Shown here: positions 7,521 through 18,787 of the stretch, piece after piece
Numbering within the stretch: the first letter of the stretch is position 1
Layout: each line of letters starts with the position of its first letter
From: a virus
Reading direction: 5' to 3' (one strand)
IMG/VR virus record: IMGVR_UViG_3300045988_136292
Span: 1 to 42,418 of that record
DNA: 42,418 bases
The notes under the pieces: model-generated
Told to the model about the DNA's origin: nothing
What the model saw: only the letters and a program-made list of their open reading frames with translations
Databases searched by the model: none
Translations under genes and position numbers: made by a program

Positions 7521-9623
7521 TTACTTTACAATATTTGATTGTTTTTTGGGGAGCCAGCCTAATGATAACAATCTTTCAAAAACAATATGCGCAACAACTG
7601 TATAGCCAATCGAATTCCAATGTATACTATCATTCAAGAGACCATTTTTATTAATCGCACCAGCGTCTACAACATTCCAAGATGTAGACGGAGTTCCTTC
7701 ATTCATTAGTCCTAATTTAATTGCAATAGCTACCCCTCTTGTACTCATTTCATGATATAAATTAATATATGCGCTCCCAAAAGCTTCCTGATATTCATTT
7801 TCTCCCTTTTCCGTTCTTGATATGGCTGTTGAAATAAATAAATTCTTTTTACTATTGGCAAATGTCATGGATTGTTTTAAATGACCAATTCTTTTTTCTG
7901 AATATCCGCTAATCTTACCGTCATTTTGTCCTGTGTAAAAGATATTAATATAAGAGATTCCTGATAATCTAGCACCATAAGTAAGAATATTACTACCTGC
8001 TTTAATCTCGACAGCTTCACCATTGCTATTTATCTTCTCAATTTTTGGTCCTGTGCGTAAATTGAAAAATTCTCCATTTATCATTACTGGATTAATAACC
8101 GAACTATCATCTCCATTGTATGAAACGCTAAACCAGTCTGAACCATTTTCTCCCATAGATATGGTTCTAATACTGCATTCTACTCCTCCACTTACTGGTA
8201 CAGTAACATCATTTTTTAGAAACGCTGAAAGTCCTCCTTGTCTTGCCAATATTCCGGGAGTTGTATCACCTTGGACACCACAATTAATCACTTTATATTG
8301 TTCTGTAATATCATTATTTTCATCTATCAGCTCTTGCAAAACTTTAGGATATGTAATACCATTTCCTCCCTGACCGTATGTCAAAGAATCCCCCCAAGCG
8401 AGAATTATATTTATCGGCATCAGATAATCCTCAATATTTTGCTTCATTACATCAACATAATTATATTCTTCCCCGTCGTCAGCTTCTACTTTAATATCCT
8501 TCATTGTACTTCCGACTACATACAATTCTGTTGCCGTATTTTTATTATCGTATTCAAAAATATAAGGGGTAGGAAAAACAGAAGGAATACCTTTCTCCAC
8601 TACCATTCCATCTTTTTTAAATACAAATTGCAGCCATAAATCATTTGCATTGGGAGTACTTGTACATTCAATCCTAATTTTCTTTTTGTCGGTAATACTA
8701 TATTTGTTTAGCACTTTGCCTGCCGAATGTTCAACCACATTTCCGCTTGAATTTATAAGCCACCCATTTTTTGTTTCTGTATAATCTAAATTAATCAGTT
8801 TATAACTGATCAATGATTCAGATAAATCGTCAACTTTATTGGATAATTCATCAATTCTTTGAGTTTCGACAACCAAATCTCTTAGTTCGTCGGATAGTGA
8901 TTTATTAACACTTACAACTGATACTGTAGAACCTCTCTGAACGTATATCTTGGATGTTTGTGGTTGCAATTCTAACTTATAATCAACCAACGGTATTATA
9001 CTTCCTTTCGCCGGAATATTATTGATTATTGTATCATTTTCATCCAATTCCCATATAATAGACCATGGATTTGCAGCAACTGTGCCATTTCTTGTATTAA
9101 TTGTTACATTTCCATAATTGATTACATCATAAATATCATAATAGTACCCGGAATTATCAGCTATTGCATTATCTGTCTTAATTATACCTTTCCGACTCTC
9201 TGTCGGATGTATCTGTACAATATCGCCTGTATATTGTATGCCTTTGACCGCAGATAAAGCTTTATTAGTCAATAGAGTTAATTCTTCTTTATCTCTAATA
9301 TTTAATAAATTTATGAGCGAATTGTCATCCGAATCTCTAAGATACAATGTCTCATTATATATATATAATATACCCAGTGGAGTATATATAACCCAACTTC
9401 TCCCATTGTAAATAAACCAAGAGTTATCTGTATTTCTAAAAAAAATATCTCCTAATTCAGACCCACTTGGAGTGGTTGACTGTATATATTTAATAGGTAA
9501 TATTTCCAATTCGGATATTTCCGTAGCCAGACTTTTGCGGCTGATCGGGTTAACCACCGCATCATAAATAGTAGCCGGGTAAATGGTTTGTCCGCCCTTC
9601 GTCAGTTTATGCATTTTTGCCAT
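7521..9623 (-). CDS. Tail fibre / receptor-binding protein with C-terminal SGNH (GDSL) esterase domain
   Basis: 700 aa. All four SGNH blocks are present: AWGDSLTYG, NCGVQGDTT, YTGQNDG and NDSIHWN. It is the last gene of the tail module. Confidence 0.7.
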   Translation of the reverse strand: MAKMHKLTKGGQTIYPATIYDAVVNPISRKSLATEISELEILPIKYIQSTTPSGSELGDIFFRNTDNSWFIYNGRSWVIYTPLGILYIYNETLYLRDSDDNSLINLLNIRDKEELTLLTNKALSAVKGIQYTGDIVQIHPTESRKGIIKTDNAIADNSGYYYDIYDVINYGNVTINTRNGTVAANPWSIIWELDENDTIINNIPAKGSIIPLVDYKLELQPQTSKIYVQRGSTVSVVSVNKSLSDELRDLVVETQRIDELSNKVDDLSESLISYKLINLDYTETKNGWLINSSGNVVEHSAGKVLNKYSITDKKKIRIECTSTPNANDLWLQFVFKKDGMVVEKGIPSVFPTPYIFEYDNKNTATELYVVGSTMKDIKVEADDGEEYNYVDVMKQNIEDYLMPINIILAWGDSLTYGQGGNGITYPKVLQELIDENNDITEQYKVINCGVQGDTTPGILARQGGLSAFLKNDVTVPVSGGVECSIRTISMGENGSDWFSVSYNGDDSSVINPVMINGEFFNLRTGPKIEKINSNGEAVEIKAGSNILTYGARLSGISYINIFYTGQNDGKISGYSEKRIGHLKQSMTFANSKKNLFISTAISRTEKGENEYQEAFGSAYINLYHEMSTRGVAIAIKLGLMNEGTPSTSWNVVDAGAINKNGLLNDSIHWNSIGYTVVAHIVFERLLSLGWLPKKQSNIVK

Positions 9624-9690
9624 AATGTATTCTATTATTCGCCTAAGTTCCGCCGGAACTTGGGCTGTTGTTATTTTATGTAATTATTTA

Positions 9691-10122
9691 TTAACTATTA
9701 AAATCACTCAGCACATCATCATACTCCTGATCTGACAGAGATACGCTCTGCACCGCATTGTATGCGGCATAATCCGGATAGGGCATGATCTCCGCTGTGC
9801 TCTCATCCGTCTTCCCGGTAGTCAGCACAATCCCTGTATCTTCAATAGATACAAGGTTGCAGATGCCATCTCTAAAGTCAGAATCAGAAATGAAGTATTC
9901 CCGTTTGACCTTCAGCAAACCAGGGGAGAAGCCGGGGTTGTCAAAAGCGACAAGCAGACTGCCATCTTCCATACGGCTGCACCCCACATACTCTTGCCCA
10001 TCAAAGGAGGCTATAAACTTTCCCTTAAACGGATTGAAGTAAGTAAACCGGAAGGGAGTTGATATGTCTCCATTCAGGTTCTTCTCTATAATTTTAAAAT
10101 CTGATTGGTAATTAATTTTCAT
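9691..10122 (-). CDS. Hypothetical tail-module protein (143 aa)
   Basis: Clean ORF. Assigned by position between tail proteins. Confidence 0.55.
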   Translation of the reverse strand: MKINYQSDFKIIEKNLNGDISTPFRFTYFNPFKGKFIASFDGQEYVGCSRMEDGSLLVAFDNPGFSPGLLKVKREYFISDSDFRDGICNLVSIEDTGIVLTTGKTDESTAEIMPYPDYAAYNAVQSVSLSDQEYDDVLSDFNS

Positions 10123-10124
10123 AA

Positions 10125-10463
10125 CTATAATATTGATGTAACATCGTCTATCTCCTCGGCTTTCAAGATGTCAGAAAGGTCAACACTTCCACCACCTCCT
10201 GTCGTGCCTGTGGCACTCCATGTTCCCTTTGTCTTGCATTGATATATAGGACCCGGTATGGTATCCCCCACAACTGCCCAGTCACCCACAACAGGAGATG
10301 GGACAGCAGCCTGCAATGCTTCTACCGTAGAAAACAATCCCTTGTTGCGTATAGCGTTCTGCTTGACCTTCTCCACTTCAGTGGAGGTCTTGCTAAAGTT
10401 GTTGTTAAGACGATCTACCGCCTCACTCCAAGTACCTGTTTTATTAATACTATTAAGTTCCAT
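10125..10463 (-). CDS. Hypothetical tail-module protein (112 aa)
   Basis: Clean ORF, tightly packed with its neighbours. Confidence 0.55.
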   Translation of the reverse strand: MELNSINKTGTWSEAVDRLNNNFSKTSTEVEKVKQNAIRNKGLFSTVEALQAAVPSPVVGDWAVVGDTIPGPIYQCKTKGTWSATGTTGGGGSVDLSDILKAEEIDDVTSIL

Positions 10464-10464
10464 A

Positions 10465-12852
10465 TCACTTTCTTACCTTTAACACTCCATTTGTCACTAT
10501 TCCTTCAAGTGTTTCATATTCCACATATACCTGCCCGGAGCTGACGTTATCTTTAGACGGCCAATTACTGCATTCAATATTTGCCACATATTTAGACACA
10601 CCCCCCCCGTCATATACCGGTTTCATCCCAACCAACAGAGTTTCGCCTTTAGAGCCATAGAAAGAAACGTTATTGGGAGTAAGAATAATATCCGTATTTC
10701 CCACATGATTCTGTATTCTGATACGTTCCGGATATACAGTCGTTTCTTGTATCAATTGGTCCCCTACATATTTCCGTAGAATCAAATCACCATACTCCCA
10801 TCCGTCTGATGATGTGTCGAACCTTAATATCAAGGTGGCATGTCCTTCAGTCGTGTACATTTCAAGAGTATTTTTATCCGGATCAATGACAATGCGTTTC
10901 CCGTCAACAGATGTTTCTACTTTTCCGCGGAAAAATCCGCCCAAGGCTTCAACCACACCTCTGAACTTACCACCCAAGGCATAAATATAGCCACGAAGGA
11001 ACGTATCGCCACCATGAGTGGCAACAAAATTCGCCATATTCGCCCATTCCGTATCTGTGGGCTGGTAATCGGGGGCATTACGAAACTTCATTACGGTTAA
11101 TATAGCCTGTTGCAGCGTGCCTCCTGCCCAAAATGCTACATCATCATCGTCATTGTATATGCCGCTAACTCCGGCTGTGACCTTCTGCATCTTACCATCC
11201 TTGTAGTTGCCTAGTTGGATCATATTAGCTAGTATCAAACCGCCAAGGATATCCACAGATCCATCCTTAATCGCACTGGCGATATAGTTAATTGCTTGAA
11301 ATCCGGCCATAGACTTATCATTGTCAAGAATTGAAGGCTTCCAATCGGTAGCGATGGTTCCTCTTTCTAACTGAAGATCACAAACGGTTGCGGTACCACT
11401 GAGCATGAAAATACCTGCACCGTTAAAAGCGAACTTGAAAGTGTATCTTTGATAATCGGACGCAAGAGGCTGAGTTGTGCTGAAATCACCACACGAAACA
11501 GCCACAGACACACCTTTAGCTTTAAAGGATATAACATAGTTCTCATTTTTAATCAATGATACGGACTGGGACAAGCTGCCTATTGCAGCAGAATATCCGG
11601 AAATAGCCTCACTGTCAGCAGATACGGTAGCCACTCCCGTCCAATATTCCAATTGCTTGCTGAAAAGCTCGGTATCCGCCGATAACTCGGTAGCGGCAGA
11701 TAGATCCTCTGTTTCATAATCTCCCGTAAACCCAGTATTACGTAACAGATTGACCGAACCAATATTTACAGCCTTATAAACCTCATCCGGCAAATCCGTC
11801 AGATTTGCCGAACCTGTAGAACCCGGCTGCAAGTTCATCCTTCCCGTCAACAGATTGTCTCCCGGTTTTATTCGGGTATATTCTTCCGGCAAAATAAAAT
11901 TATTGATCCCCACATATTGTCTTATGTATGGAGACCCTGTGCCGGCACCTGCTAAAATCTGAGCATTTTGCCTATTAGGATCATCTGTACCTTGATATCC
12001 TAATTGTACAATATCATCCCCTACCAATGGAGCATCACTCTCCAATGCACATACACTTTTTGACAGGTCTATATAATCAGTTCCTACAGATACAACCAAA
12101 CGCCATAAATAATGATTCCCTAGTTTCCCATCTGCCTGCTTTTCCAAATTAAACGTCTCAACCAGTGCCTGATCTTTTTCCTTAAATTGATTATATATTA
12201 TCCTTCCATCAGCATCCTTAGTACGCATGTAACATCGCCAAAAATCGTTGTATTCCTCAACTTTTATACAAGACATTCCGGCCGCTGTCTGCATCAACTT
12301 TCCACCGATATGGGTTGTCTTCTGTACTTCTATTTCTTCGGCGGTCAACTTCCTCCGAAAATGAGCATAGTCAAGTTCCAGATGCCATGCGCCTTGTTCA
12401 TCTTGCCATAATCCTGCTCCGGTTGAACCTTGTGTAAAATTTCCTCCATACCACCCCTTTAAAAATGTGATAAATTCTTTGGCCGTATCTGGTTTATCCT
12501 TCCGTAAAAAATGGTCGATAACAAACAGACCTGTCAACATATCATCATCCCTAATATCATCATACTCTGTTTTGGTTCCGACAATACGCTTTAAATCGTG
12601 CCCACTAATTTTTATCCCCTTCAAAAAATTAATCACCCCTTGCGCTTCATCGTCATTTAAAGCGGAAATAAACCAATTAAATACAGGTGTGTCCTCATCC
12701 AGCGTATATGCGGAATTGGCATGATCGGCATTGGTGACATCACCGCCGCCACCGCCACCCTGTATAATAGTCACAGAGCGGGGAACATACTTCCCATCAC
12801 GCTCCCTCGGTACTACCCTACTTATGATTCTTATATCTGACTTTATCGCCAT
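10465..12852 (-). CDS. Large tail/baseplate protein (795 aa)
   Basis: Assigned by size and by position two genes downstream of the tape measure. Has a Gly-run near the N-terminus. Confidence 0.6.
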   Translation of the reverse strand: MAIKSDIRIISRVVPRERDGKYVPRSVTIIQGGGGGGDVTNADHANSAYTLDEDTPVFNWFISALNDDEAQGVINFLKGIKISGHDLKRIVGTKTEYDDIRDDDMLTGLFVIDHFLRKDKPDTAKEFITFLKGWYGGNFTQGSTGAGLWQDEQGAWHLELDYAHFRRKLTAEEIEVQKTTHIGGKLMQTAAGMSCIKVEEYNDFWRCYMRTKDADGRIIYNQFKEKDQALVETFNLEKQADGKLGNHYLWRLVVSVGTDYIDLSKSVCALESDAPLVGDDIVQLGYQGTDDPNRQNAQILAGAGTGSPYIRQYVGINNFILPEEYTRIKPGDNLLTGRMNLQPGSTGSANLTDLPDEVYKAVNIGSVNLLRNTGFTGDYETEDLSAATELSADTELFSKQLEYWTGVATVSADSEAISGYSAAIGSLSQSVSLIKNENYVISFKAKGVSVAVSCGDFSTTQPLASDYQRYTFKFAFNGAGIFMLSGTATVCDLQLERGTIATDWKPSILDNDKSMAGFQAINYIASAIKDGSVDILGGLILANMIQLGNYKDGKMQKVTAGVSGIYNDDDDVAFWAGGTLQQAILTVMKFRNAPDYQPTDTEWANMANFVATHGGDTFLRGYIYALGGKFRGVVEALGGFFRGKVETSVDGKRIVIDPDKNTLEMYTTEGHATLILRFDTSSDGWEYGDLILRKYVGDQLIQETTVYPERIRIQNHVGNTDIILTPNNVSFYGSKGETLLVGMKPVYDGGGVSKYVANIECSNWPSKDNVSSGQVYVEYETLEGIVTNGVLKVRK

Positions 12853-14875
12853 TCTCTATCATTGATAATGTTACTGTATTCTGCTCGTAATCCCATACAC
12901 CACTTAACAGCATGAATTTCTTATTAACCATAGAATTGTCATACAAAACCGTGAAAGGATGAATGAGATCACTGTTTTTTAATACCTGAGTTAACTTGAT
13001 TTTGGTTACCCGGTATCGGTTAATGATACGCCTGATCAACGCTTCTTCGGGGCGCACAAGCGTACCTTCTATTGCCGAATACAAGTTGTTTGTTAAAAAA
13101 TTGCCATTTAAAAGAGCCTTGCTATACGTCGCCCCGTCTTCATTATAACTACTTATGCCAAATTCTATCTCGTCAAGTTCGGACATAAATTTTTCATTGA
13201 CTACATTCTCGTATACACGATCCCCGTTCTCACCTTCATCTACAACTCCGTCTTTTTTCTTATAGGCAACTCTTAGATTTTCTATATCAACTACTTTTAT
13301 ATATTTATCATTCTGATATGGGTAATCCGTACCATACAGGATTAATTCAAATTTCCCCGTCAGTGGCACAGAATCTGGGAACTCAATCACATATCCCGTA
13401 AGCCCCTCATACGGCATATCTGCCTTTTTCGTTGCACGCAGTTTGGTTCGTTCCACTTCCTCACCCACCTCTCCTATACCTATCGTAAATGTGGTTTCGC
13501 TATTTTGCCATTTATTTCCATTCCAGTAATGATCGCCAATACGTAATTTAAACCGTAACACATGATCTTCCGTGATTGTCACCTTATTAGGCTCTGCGTA
13601 ATTCGTTGTAAATAAAATATCGGCTGAAATTCCTATCGCTGCATCCTTATAGACAGCTGTCACTCCTCCCACTCTTAATATAGGATTTCCTACAGCCGTA
13701 CTAATTATCCTATACCTCAATAAAGACCTCCATGTGTAATTCTCCGAAATTATTGTATACAACGGAGTTAATCCATCCCATCCCTTAAAATCTATATCAG
13801 CCTCCCCGACTCTGTATGCGGTCATACCGCCAGTCATATTATAATTTAAATTAGCACCCATTACAGGGATGGCATCTTGTGAAATCTCTCCATTATCACC
13901 ATATGCTATTGATTCCCATCGTTCTAATGTCAACCCTTGCACATTCTCCACCTTATAGTATTTGTTATCATTCCTCTTATCCGTCAAGTTTGTGAAGCTC
14001 CCATACATATCACTCACATCAAATCCCTTATCATCCACCAATTCATCAAAAACATTATTTATTGCCTTAACGGTAACCTTATTATATCCGGGGAGCACAT
14101 CTATTGTATGATCACTGCCGCCAAAGCCGATATCCTGAAGCAATACAGTGTTTGGAGTAACCATCTCATAAGTGACAAGATCCTCGCCATACGAGAAGTA
14201 TTCCCCTTCCCAATCTGCATCTACAAAATACAGGCTACCTTCATAATCGTATAAGGTCCAATTAAAAAAACGACAAAAATACTCCAGTACCTCGTCCAAC
14301 ATCATCCCTTCTGAGGTGAAGTTTTCCTCTGCGAGAGTTATCTCATCGAATATGTTTTTCTTTGTCGAATAATTCACTTCTGACGATCCATAGACATAAG
14401 GTATATATATCTTTTCATATCCCCCATTAGCTGATCTTATAATGTACCTTAAGAGGTTTATCGCCGTTATAAATCCATTCTCTGTCTGTTTCTCATATTG
14501 TATATTCTCAAGCGTTCCTATTGCGCTTATGCAGTTTATACTCAATTTATCCGCAATTGGCACATAAGCTTGAGTAAACACTTCCGGTTCCACATATCCC
14601 GTCCATAACAGTTTATTCCCTCTATACAATTTTACAGCAACATGGTGACTGTTTACGCTAAACAAGTCATTCAACAAACTATCAGTCACAATGGATACTG
14701 ATGCTGTAGATGTCCGTACAGGCTCGTACACAAACTCTTCATCTGTCCCTGTTACGACAAATGCGGACGGTGCACCTGTCAGTGTTTCTATTTCACCTAT
14801 ATAATCCTCCATGTAGAATTTAATCTCCAAGGATTCACCGGCATAATTGAAAAATGGCAATCTATATCTCTGCAT
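12818..14875 (-). CDS. Distal tail / baseplate hub-type protein (685 aa)
   Basis: Immediately downstream of the tape measure. The assignment is positional. Confidence 0.55.
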   Translation of the reverse strand: MQRYRLPFFNYAGESLEIKFYMEDYIGEIETLTGAPSAFVVTGTDEEFVYEPVRTSTASVSIVTDSLLNDLFSVNSHHVAVKLYRGNKLLWTGYVEPEVFTQAYVPIADKLSINCISAIGTLENIQYEKQTENGFITAINLLRYIIRSANGGYEKIYIPYVYGSSEVNYSTKKNIFDEITLAEENFTSEGMMLDEVLEYFCRFFNWTLYDYEGSLYFVDADWEGEYFSYGEDLVTYEMVTPNTVLLQDIGFGGSDHTIDVLPGYNKVTVKAINNVFDELVDDKGFDVSDMYGSFTNLTDKRNDNKYYKVENVQGLTLERWESIAYGDNGEISQDAIPVMGANLNYNMTGGMTAYRVGEADIDFKGWDGLTPLYTIISENYTWRSLLRYRIISTAVGNPILRVGGVTAVYKDAAIGISADILFTTNYAEPNKVTITEDHVLRFKLRIGDHYWNGNKWQNSETTFTIGIGEVGEEVERTKLRATKKADMPYEGLTGYVIEFPDSVPLTGKFELILYGTDYPYQNDKYIKVVDIENLRVAYKKKDGVVDEGENGDRVYENVVNEKFMSELDEIEFGISSYNEDGATYSKALLNGNFLTNNLYSAIEGTLVRPEEALIRRIINRYRVTKIKLTQVLKNSDLIHPFTVLYDNSMVNKKFMLLSGVWDYEQNTVTLSMIENGDKVRYKNHK

Positions 14876-14877
14876 AG

Positions 14878-17800
14878 TTAAAATATTTTTTTCCCAGTCC
14901 TCTTACCATAATTTTTAAGCTGTAGATATGCAGTATCTCCATCAAGCTGCATCTTTCCTCCAACTTCCACCCTCACATTAGCCATTCCAGTTCCTCCTAT
15001 CATATCCTTTAATTTACTTAAAGGCGCAATAACTTCCGGATTACTGCTTGCACCTGGGTATTCACCCACTTCTGCCAATGTCCTTCCAGAAACCACGCCT
15101 CCATTCGCAAACTTCGGAATCACTGAAAACGCAGCAATAGCAGCAGCAATAGCAGCTCCTATTGCTATAATATTTGCAGGGAACGGAAGTTTTGCAGCAC
15201 TCTTACCGGCATCACTCGCGCCTTCCGCCGTATTAGCAGCGACTTTTTTCCCCGCATTAACAACCTCCACACCTGTCGTTGCTGTATCTACAGCCGCCTC
15301 CGTAGTCGCATTGGTCACCTTGGCGGCTGTCGTTGCTGTATCTATCGCAGCCTCCGCTTCTTTTGCCTTCCCGAGCTTTTCTGTCAATTCCCTTAGGGTG
15401 TCTATAGTCTGTATTATACTCATAAAACTATCTACAGAATTGACCATCACATTCCATACTGCCATTATTCTCTCCCATGCAGACGCATCTTCATCATCCA
15501 TTACATCTCTCAATTGAGTAAATGCACTAACCATTCTGTCTGCACTGGATGCTATATTTTTCACCCCTGAAAACATCCCTTGTTTCAACTCCTTACCCAA
15601 GTCCTTTATATCTTGCCGAACTTGGGCTATTTTCAGTGCTTTCTCTAAATCCGGCACATTAGCCATAGCTTTCGCTAGTTCCTCATCTAAAATTTTTCCG
15701 GCGTTTCTAGCTTCCTCCTGTAAATCTTTTGCATAGTCTTTCGCCAAATCAAGATTTTCTTGCGCGATATCTATGGTTGTTTTTTTATAATCAAAGGTTG
15801 TATCTCTTTCCTTCTTCTTTGTCGGGGTCCCCATTAATTGGGCATTCATCCTCATAGCTGTGATGAATGCCTGACCTTCAACACCAATTCCCGAAATGGA
15901 GCTGGCTGCTTTATCCATTTCTACCGCAAGTGCCTGTACATTCTTTCTGTATTGTTTTTCTGTTATTAAGCCATTGGCTTTCTGCGCACTCAATTCCGCA
16001 AGCCTCTTGGAATACTCTTTTTGAACATTTTCAAGCTCAACAGCACCCGCCAAAGCATCCTTTTGCCTTACTGCCGCATCTGCTGTTTCTTTTAATTTCT
16101 TGTAAAAATCACTCTCTAAAACTTTCCGATCGTTAGAGCCGCTAGCCTCAGCATACAACTTGATATTCAACTCTGCTAATGCCTTATTATATTCTGCCTG
16201 AGATATAGATCCTATCTTATATTTTGCCTCCAATTCAGACAGTTCTTTGGCTGACTTTTCTTCCAGTTTCTGCAATGTTGTTTTCTGGACTTTCCCCTCT
16301 TCAATACCACCTTGGTCTATCTTATCAGGATTAAATCCGATAGCATTGGCTTTAGCGGTTGACTGCTCCAGTTTTGTATTTATATCTGCTAAAATTTTAT
16401 TTTGTTCTATTATCTCTTTATCATCAAATTCAACCACCTCTTTTGCATTGCCCCACGCAACTCTAGCAGCCTCAAACCATATCCCAATACCTTTCCCTGC
16501 TTTTTCCCTATTAAATTCCGTATTCTGCTGATCTTGTTCTCTTTTTCTCTTTAATTCCGATATTTTATCCTCAACCGCCAATTTTTTCTGTGTCAAATAA
16601 TCCACTTCCGCAGCAGCTTTCAAAAGTTCAACCCGTTCCGCAAACTTCTCATTCAAATCTCCTTGAATAACAAGATTTTTTTCATCTATAGAGTAGTTTG
16701 TATTAAGCTGCTGATTTATTTTAGACAAAGCCGCTTTACGCTCATCTATGCTACGATTCAAATCAGTCGCTATCTTATACTGTGTCTGTAGATTAACAAT
16801 ATCTGATGTATTGGTGCTCTTTCCTAATTCAGCCTTATAATCAGAGAACAAGTTTTTTATTCTCTTGGCTTCCTGATACATTACTACCAATTTCGCCACA
16901 ATCGCACCGATAGCAGCTATTACCGCAGTCGGAGCAATGGACACTAGAGCAGTTTTTATAGATTTTACAGCATTGGCAAACATCATCCTCATTGTAGAAG
17001 TCGCTTTTTGCGATCTCCATGCAACTTCATCGAACGATTGCCCGACTGCTTTTGCCGCGCGCCTAGCTGCTGCTTTTGCCGCTAATTCAGTTTTTTGAAA
17101 AGAAATGATCAGTTTATTAACCAAGCGACTAGTTACCAATACAGATATAGCAGTAACAACGTAAGTTATAAGACTTTGTATATTATCTGCCGCTGTTTGA
17201 ATATATCCCGTAAGCCAGTCAATTATTGATTTATATTTACTTTGTACATCGGACTTATTGACCAGCCCGGTAAATGCATTTTTCAAACGATTCAGAGAAG
17301 TTTCCAAATTATCAGTATCCACATTAGGAAGCATCTCATTCAATGCATCCGCAAATCTTGGAAGCACATCCGCGCTCAATAATTTACCTTCCTTCAACAA
17401 CTTATCAAGACCTGCAACACTCGTTCCTGCCGCTTTGGCCATAGCTTGCAAGGCTATCGGCAACCGTTCTCCCATCTGCAAACGCAATTCTTCAGAGCTT
17501 ATCTTTCCTTTGCTCATCATCTGAGACAGAGCCAAAAATACACCATTGCTGTCCTCTGCACTCATGCCAAATGCAGTTGTTGCCCTTGACAGGGATTCAA
17601 ATATTTTCCTCTGCTCCTGCATAGACATTCCCGATATACTAGCCGCTGCCGTAAACTTCGCGTAATTCCCAGTAAGAGCATTTATCTCCAATCCATATTT
17701 TTTCGCCAAATCTAAAAGGTAACGCTGATTGTCTGCAAATTTGGACATTGACCCTGAAACATTCTTCAATGCGGTTGTTACCCTGTTTGTCTCTTTCGCC

Positions 17801-17979
17801 ACCTCTATAAATCTAGTCACAAGATTGGACAATCCTATACCACCGACACCTAATGCAGCCGCAAAAGTCAGTATCTGAGCCTGCATGGCCTGAAATCCTG
17901 CCTTAACCTGATTGGTCCCCTTTCTGAAATTCTCCGTCAGAAAGTTAATTGCTATTGAAAATGATAATCTACCGGCCAT
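14878..17979 (-). CDS. Tail tape measure protein
   Basis: 1033 aa. Has a TP901-type core motif (KISSEELRLQMGERLPIALQAMAKAAG), a long coiled-coil centre and an Ala/Gly-rich hydrophobic C-terminal segment. Confidence 0.85.
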   Translation of the reverse strand: MAGRLSFSIAINFLTENFRKGTNQVKAGFQAMQAQILTFAAALGVGGIGLSNLVTRFIEVAKETNRVTTALKNVSGSMSKFADNQRYLLDLAKKYGLEINALTGNYAKFTAAASISGMSMQEQRKIFESLSRATTAFGMSAEDSNGVFLALSQMMSKGKISSEELRLQMGERLPIALQAMAKAAGTSVAGLDKLLKEGKLLSADVLPRFADALNEMLPNVDTDNLETSLNRLKNAFTGLVNKSDVQSKYKSIIDWLTGYIQTAADNIQSLITYVVTAISVLVTSRLVNKLIISFQKTELAAKAAARRAAKAVGQSFDEVAWRSQKATSTMRMMFANAVKSIKTALVSIAPTAVIAAIGAIVAKLVVMYQEAKRIKNLFSDYKAELGKSTNTSDIVNLQTQYKIATDLNRSIDERKAALSKINQQLNTNYSIDEKNLVIQGDLNEKFAERVELLKAAAEVDYLTQKKLAVEDKISELKRKREQDQQNTEFNREKAGKGIGIWFEAARVAWGNAKEVVEFDDKEIIEQNKILADINTKLEQSTAKANAIGFNPDKIDQGGIEEGKVQKTTLQKLEEKSAKELSELEAKYKIGSISQAEYNKALAELNIKLYAEASGSNDRKVLESDFYKKLKETADAAVRQKDALAGAVELENVQKEYSKRLAELSAQKANGLITEKQYRKNVQALAVEMDKAASSISGIGVEGQAFITAMRMNAQLMGTPTKKKERDTTFDYKKTTIDIAQENLDLAKDYAKDLQEEARNAGKILDEELAKAMANVPDLEKALKIAQVRQDIKDLGKELKQGMFSGVKNIASSADRMVSAFTQLRDVMDDEDASAWERIMAVWNVMVNSVDSFMSIIQTIDTLRELTEKLGKAKEAEAAIDTATTAAKVTNATTEAAVDTATTGVEVVNAGKKVAANTAEGASDAGKSAAKLPFPANIIAIGAAIAAAIAAFSVIPKFANGGVVSGRTLAEVGEYPGASSNPEVIAPLSKLKDMIGGTGMANVRVEVGGKMQLDGDTAYLQLKNYGKRTGKKIF

Positions 17980-17980
17980 A

Positions 17981-18727
17981 TTAATTACCCCTACTCTTCC
18001 AGTTTATTTTATTTATATCAAACAAATCACCATTAAGGAACTTCATCAACTGTTCTTCATTCTCACGCATTTCCTTTTCAGCCTTACGCCTCATCTCATC
18101 CGTTTCCCATGGGAATGGGTATAATACTTGTGGGGATGATACCTTTTTCCCATCTATATGAGGAAGTATTGATATATAGGTCCATAATCTGGCATTTTCC
18201 AGCTCTTCTTTGCGTTTTCTTTCGTAAGCTTCTATATATAATGGCAAATCACACAAATCCATTTCCTCCATCGCATAATGAGCGTCCAACCCACCCATTA
18301 CCAACATGGATACTATCTCACCAATACTACACGATATCCCCCCTTCTGATTTCGTATCATCAGATGATTCAGTTTCTTGGAATTGAGCCATTATGCCCAT
18401 TGCCCTATCAAGTCTTAACATCAGATCCTTAAAAATACCATCATTCTCCAATGCAGTTTTAAATACCTCAAATGTATAAGGAGTGTTATCCACATTCATT
18501 ACGTATAAAAATGCATCGATATCTTCTTTTGATGAATAGTCCATCTGAGAGAAAGGCTTTTTCATCAATTGTTCCCATCTGATAATCATCCTCACGGTAT
18601 ATCTATGAAAAACAGCATTCTTTATCGGTTTTTTAGATGGAACCGGATGTTTTTCCTCTCGTAAACACCATCTTGTAAAAAAGAAGAGAATTATAATACA
18701 ACCAACAGATATTATTACTAATTCCAT
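17981..18727 (-). CDS. Putative tail assembly chaperone (positional)
   Basis: The only ORF between the major tail and tape measure genes. The N-terminal 25 aa are hydrophobic, so the true start may be internal. Confidence 0.4.
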   Translation of the reverse strand: MELVIISVGCIIILFFFTRWCLREEKHPVPSKKPIKNAVFHRYTVRMIIRWEQLMKKPFSQMDYSSKEDIDAFLYVMNVDNTPYTFEVFKTALENDGIFKDLMLRLDRAMGIMAQFQETESSDDTKSEGGISCSIGEIVSMLVMGGLDAHYAMEEMDLCDLPLYIEAYERKRKEELENARLWTYISILPHIDGKKVSSPQVLYPFPWETDEMRRKAEKEMRENEEQLMKFLNGDLFDINKINWKSRGN

Positions 18728-18787
18728 ATATTCTTATTTTAAAAAAGGCAGTCTGTATAACTGCCTTCTCTTATTACATTTTAATAA

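Noticed and set aside
6443-9623. Mu G-segment-like invertible tail-fibre cassette, with the convergent SGNH fragment as an alternative fibre C-terminus
   Set aside because: I found no inverted repeat between the 6440-6490 junction and the fibre gene. The serine invertase is 20 kb away and the fragment abuts an integrase pseudogene, which fits decay better. A computed inverted-repeat search could still overturn this.
7521-12852. Diversity-generating retroelement targeting tail genes
   Set aside because: No reverse transcriptase ORF exists anywhere in the window, and no template/variable repeat pair was noticed.
17981-18727. Programmed -1 frameshift (G/GT) in the tail chaperone
   Set aside because: Only one continuous 248-aa ORF lies between the major tail and tape measure genes. 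I could not identify a second overlapping frame or a convincing slippery site.
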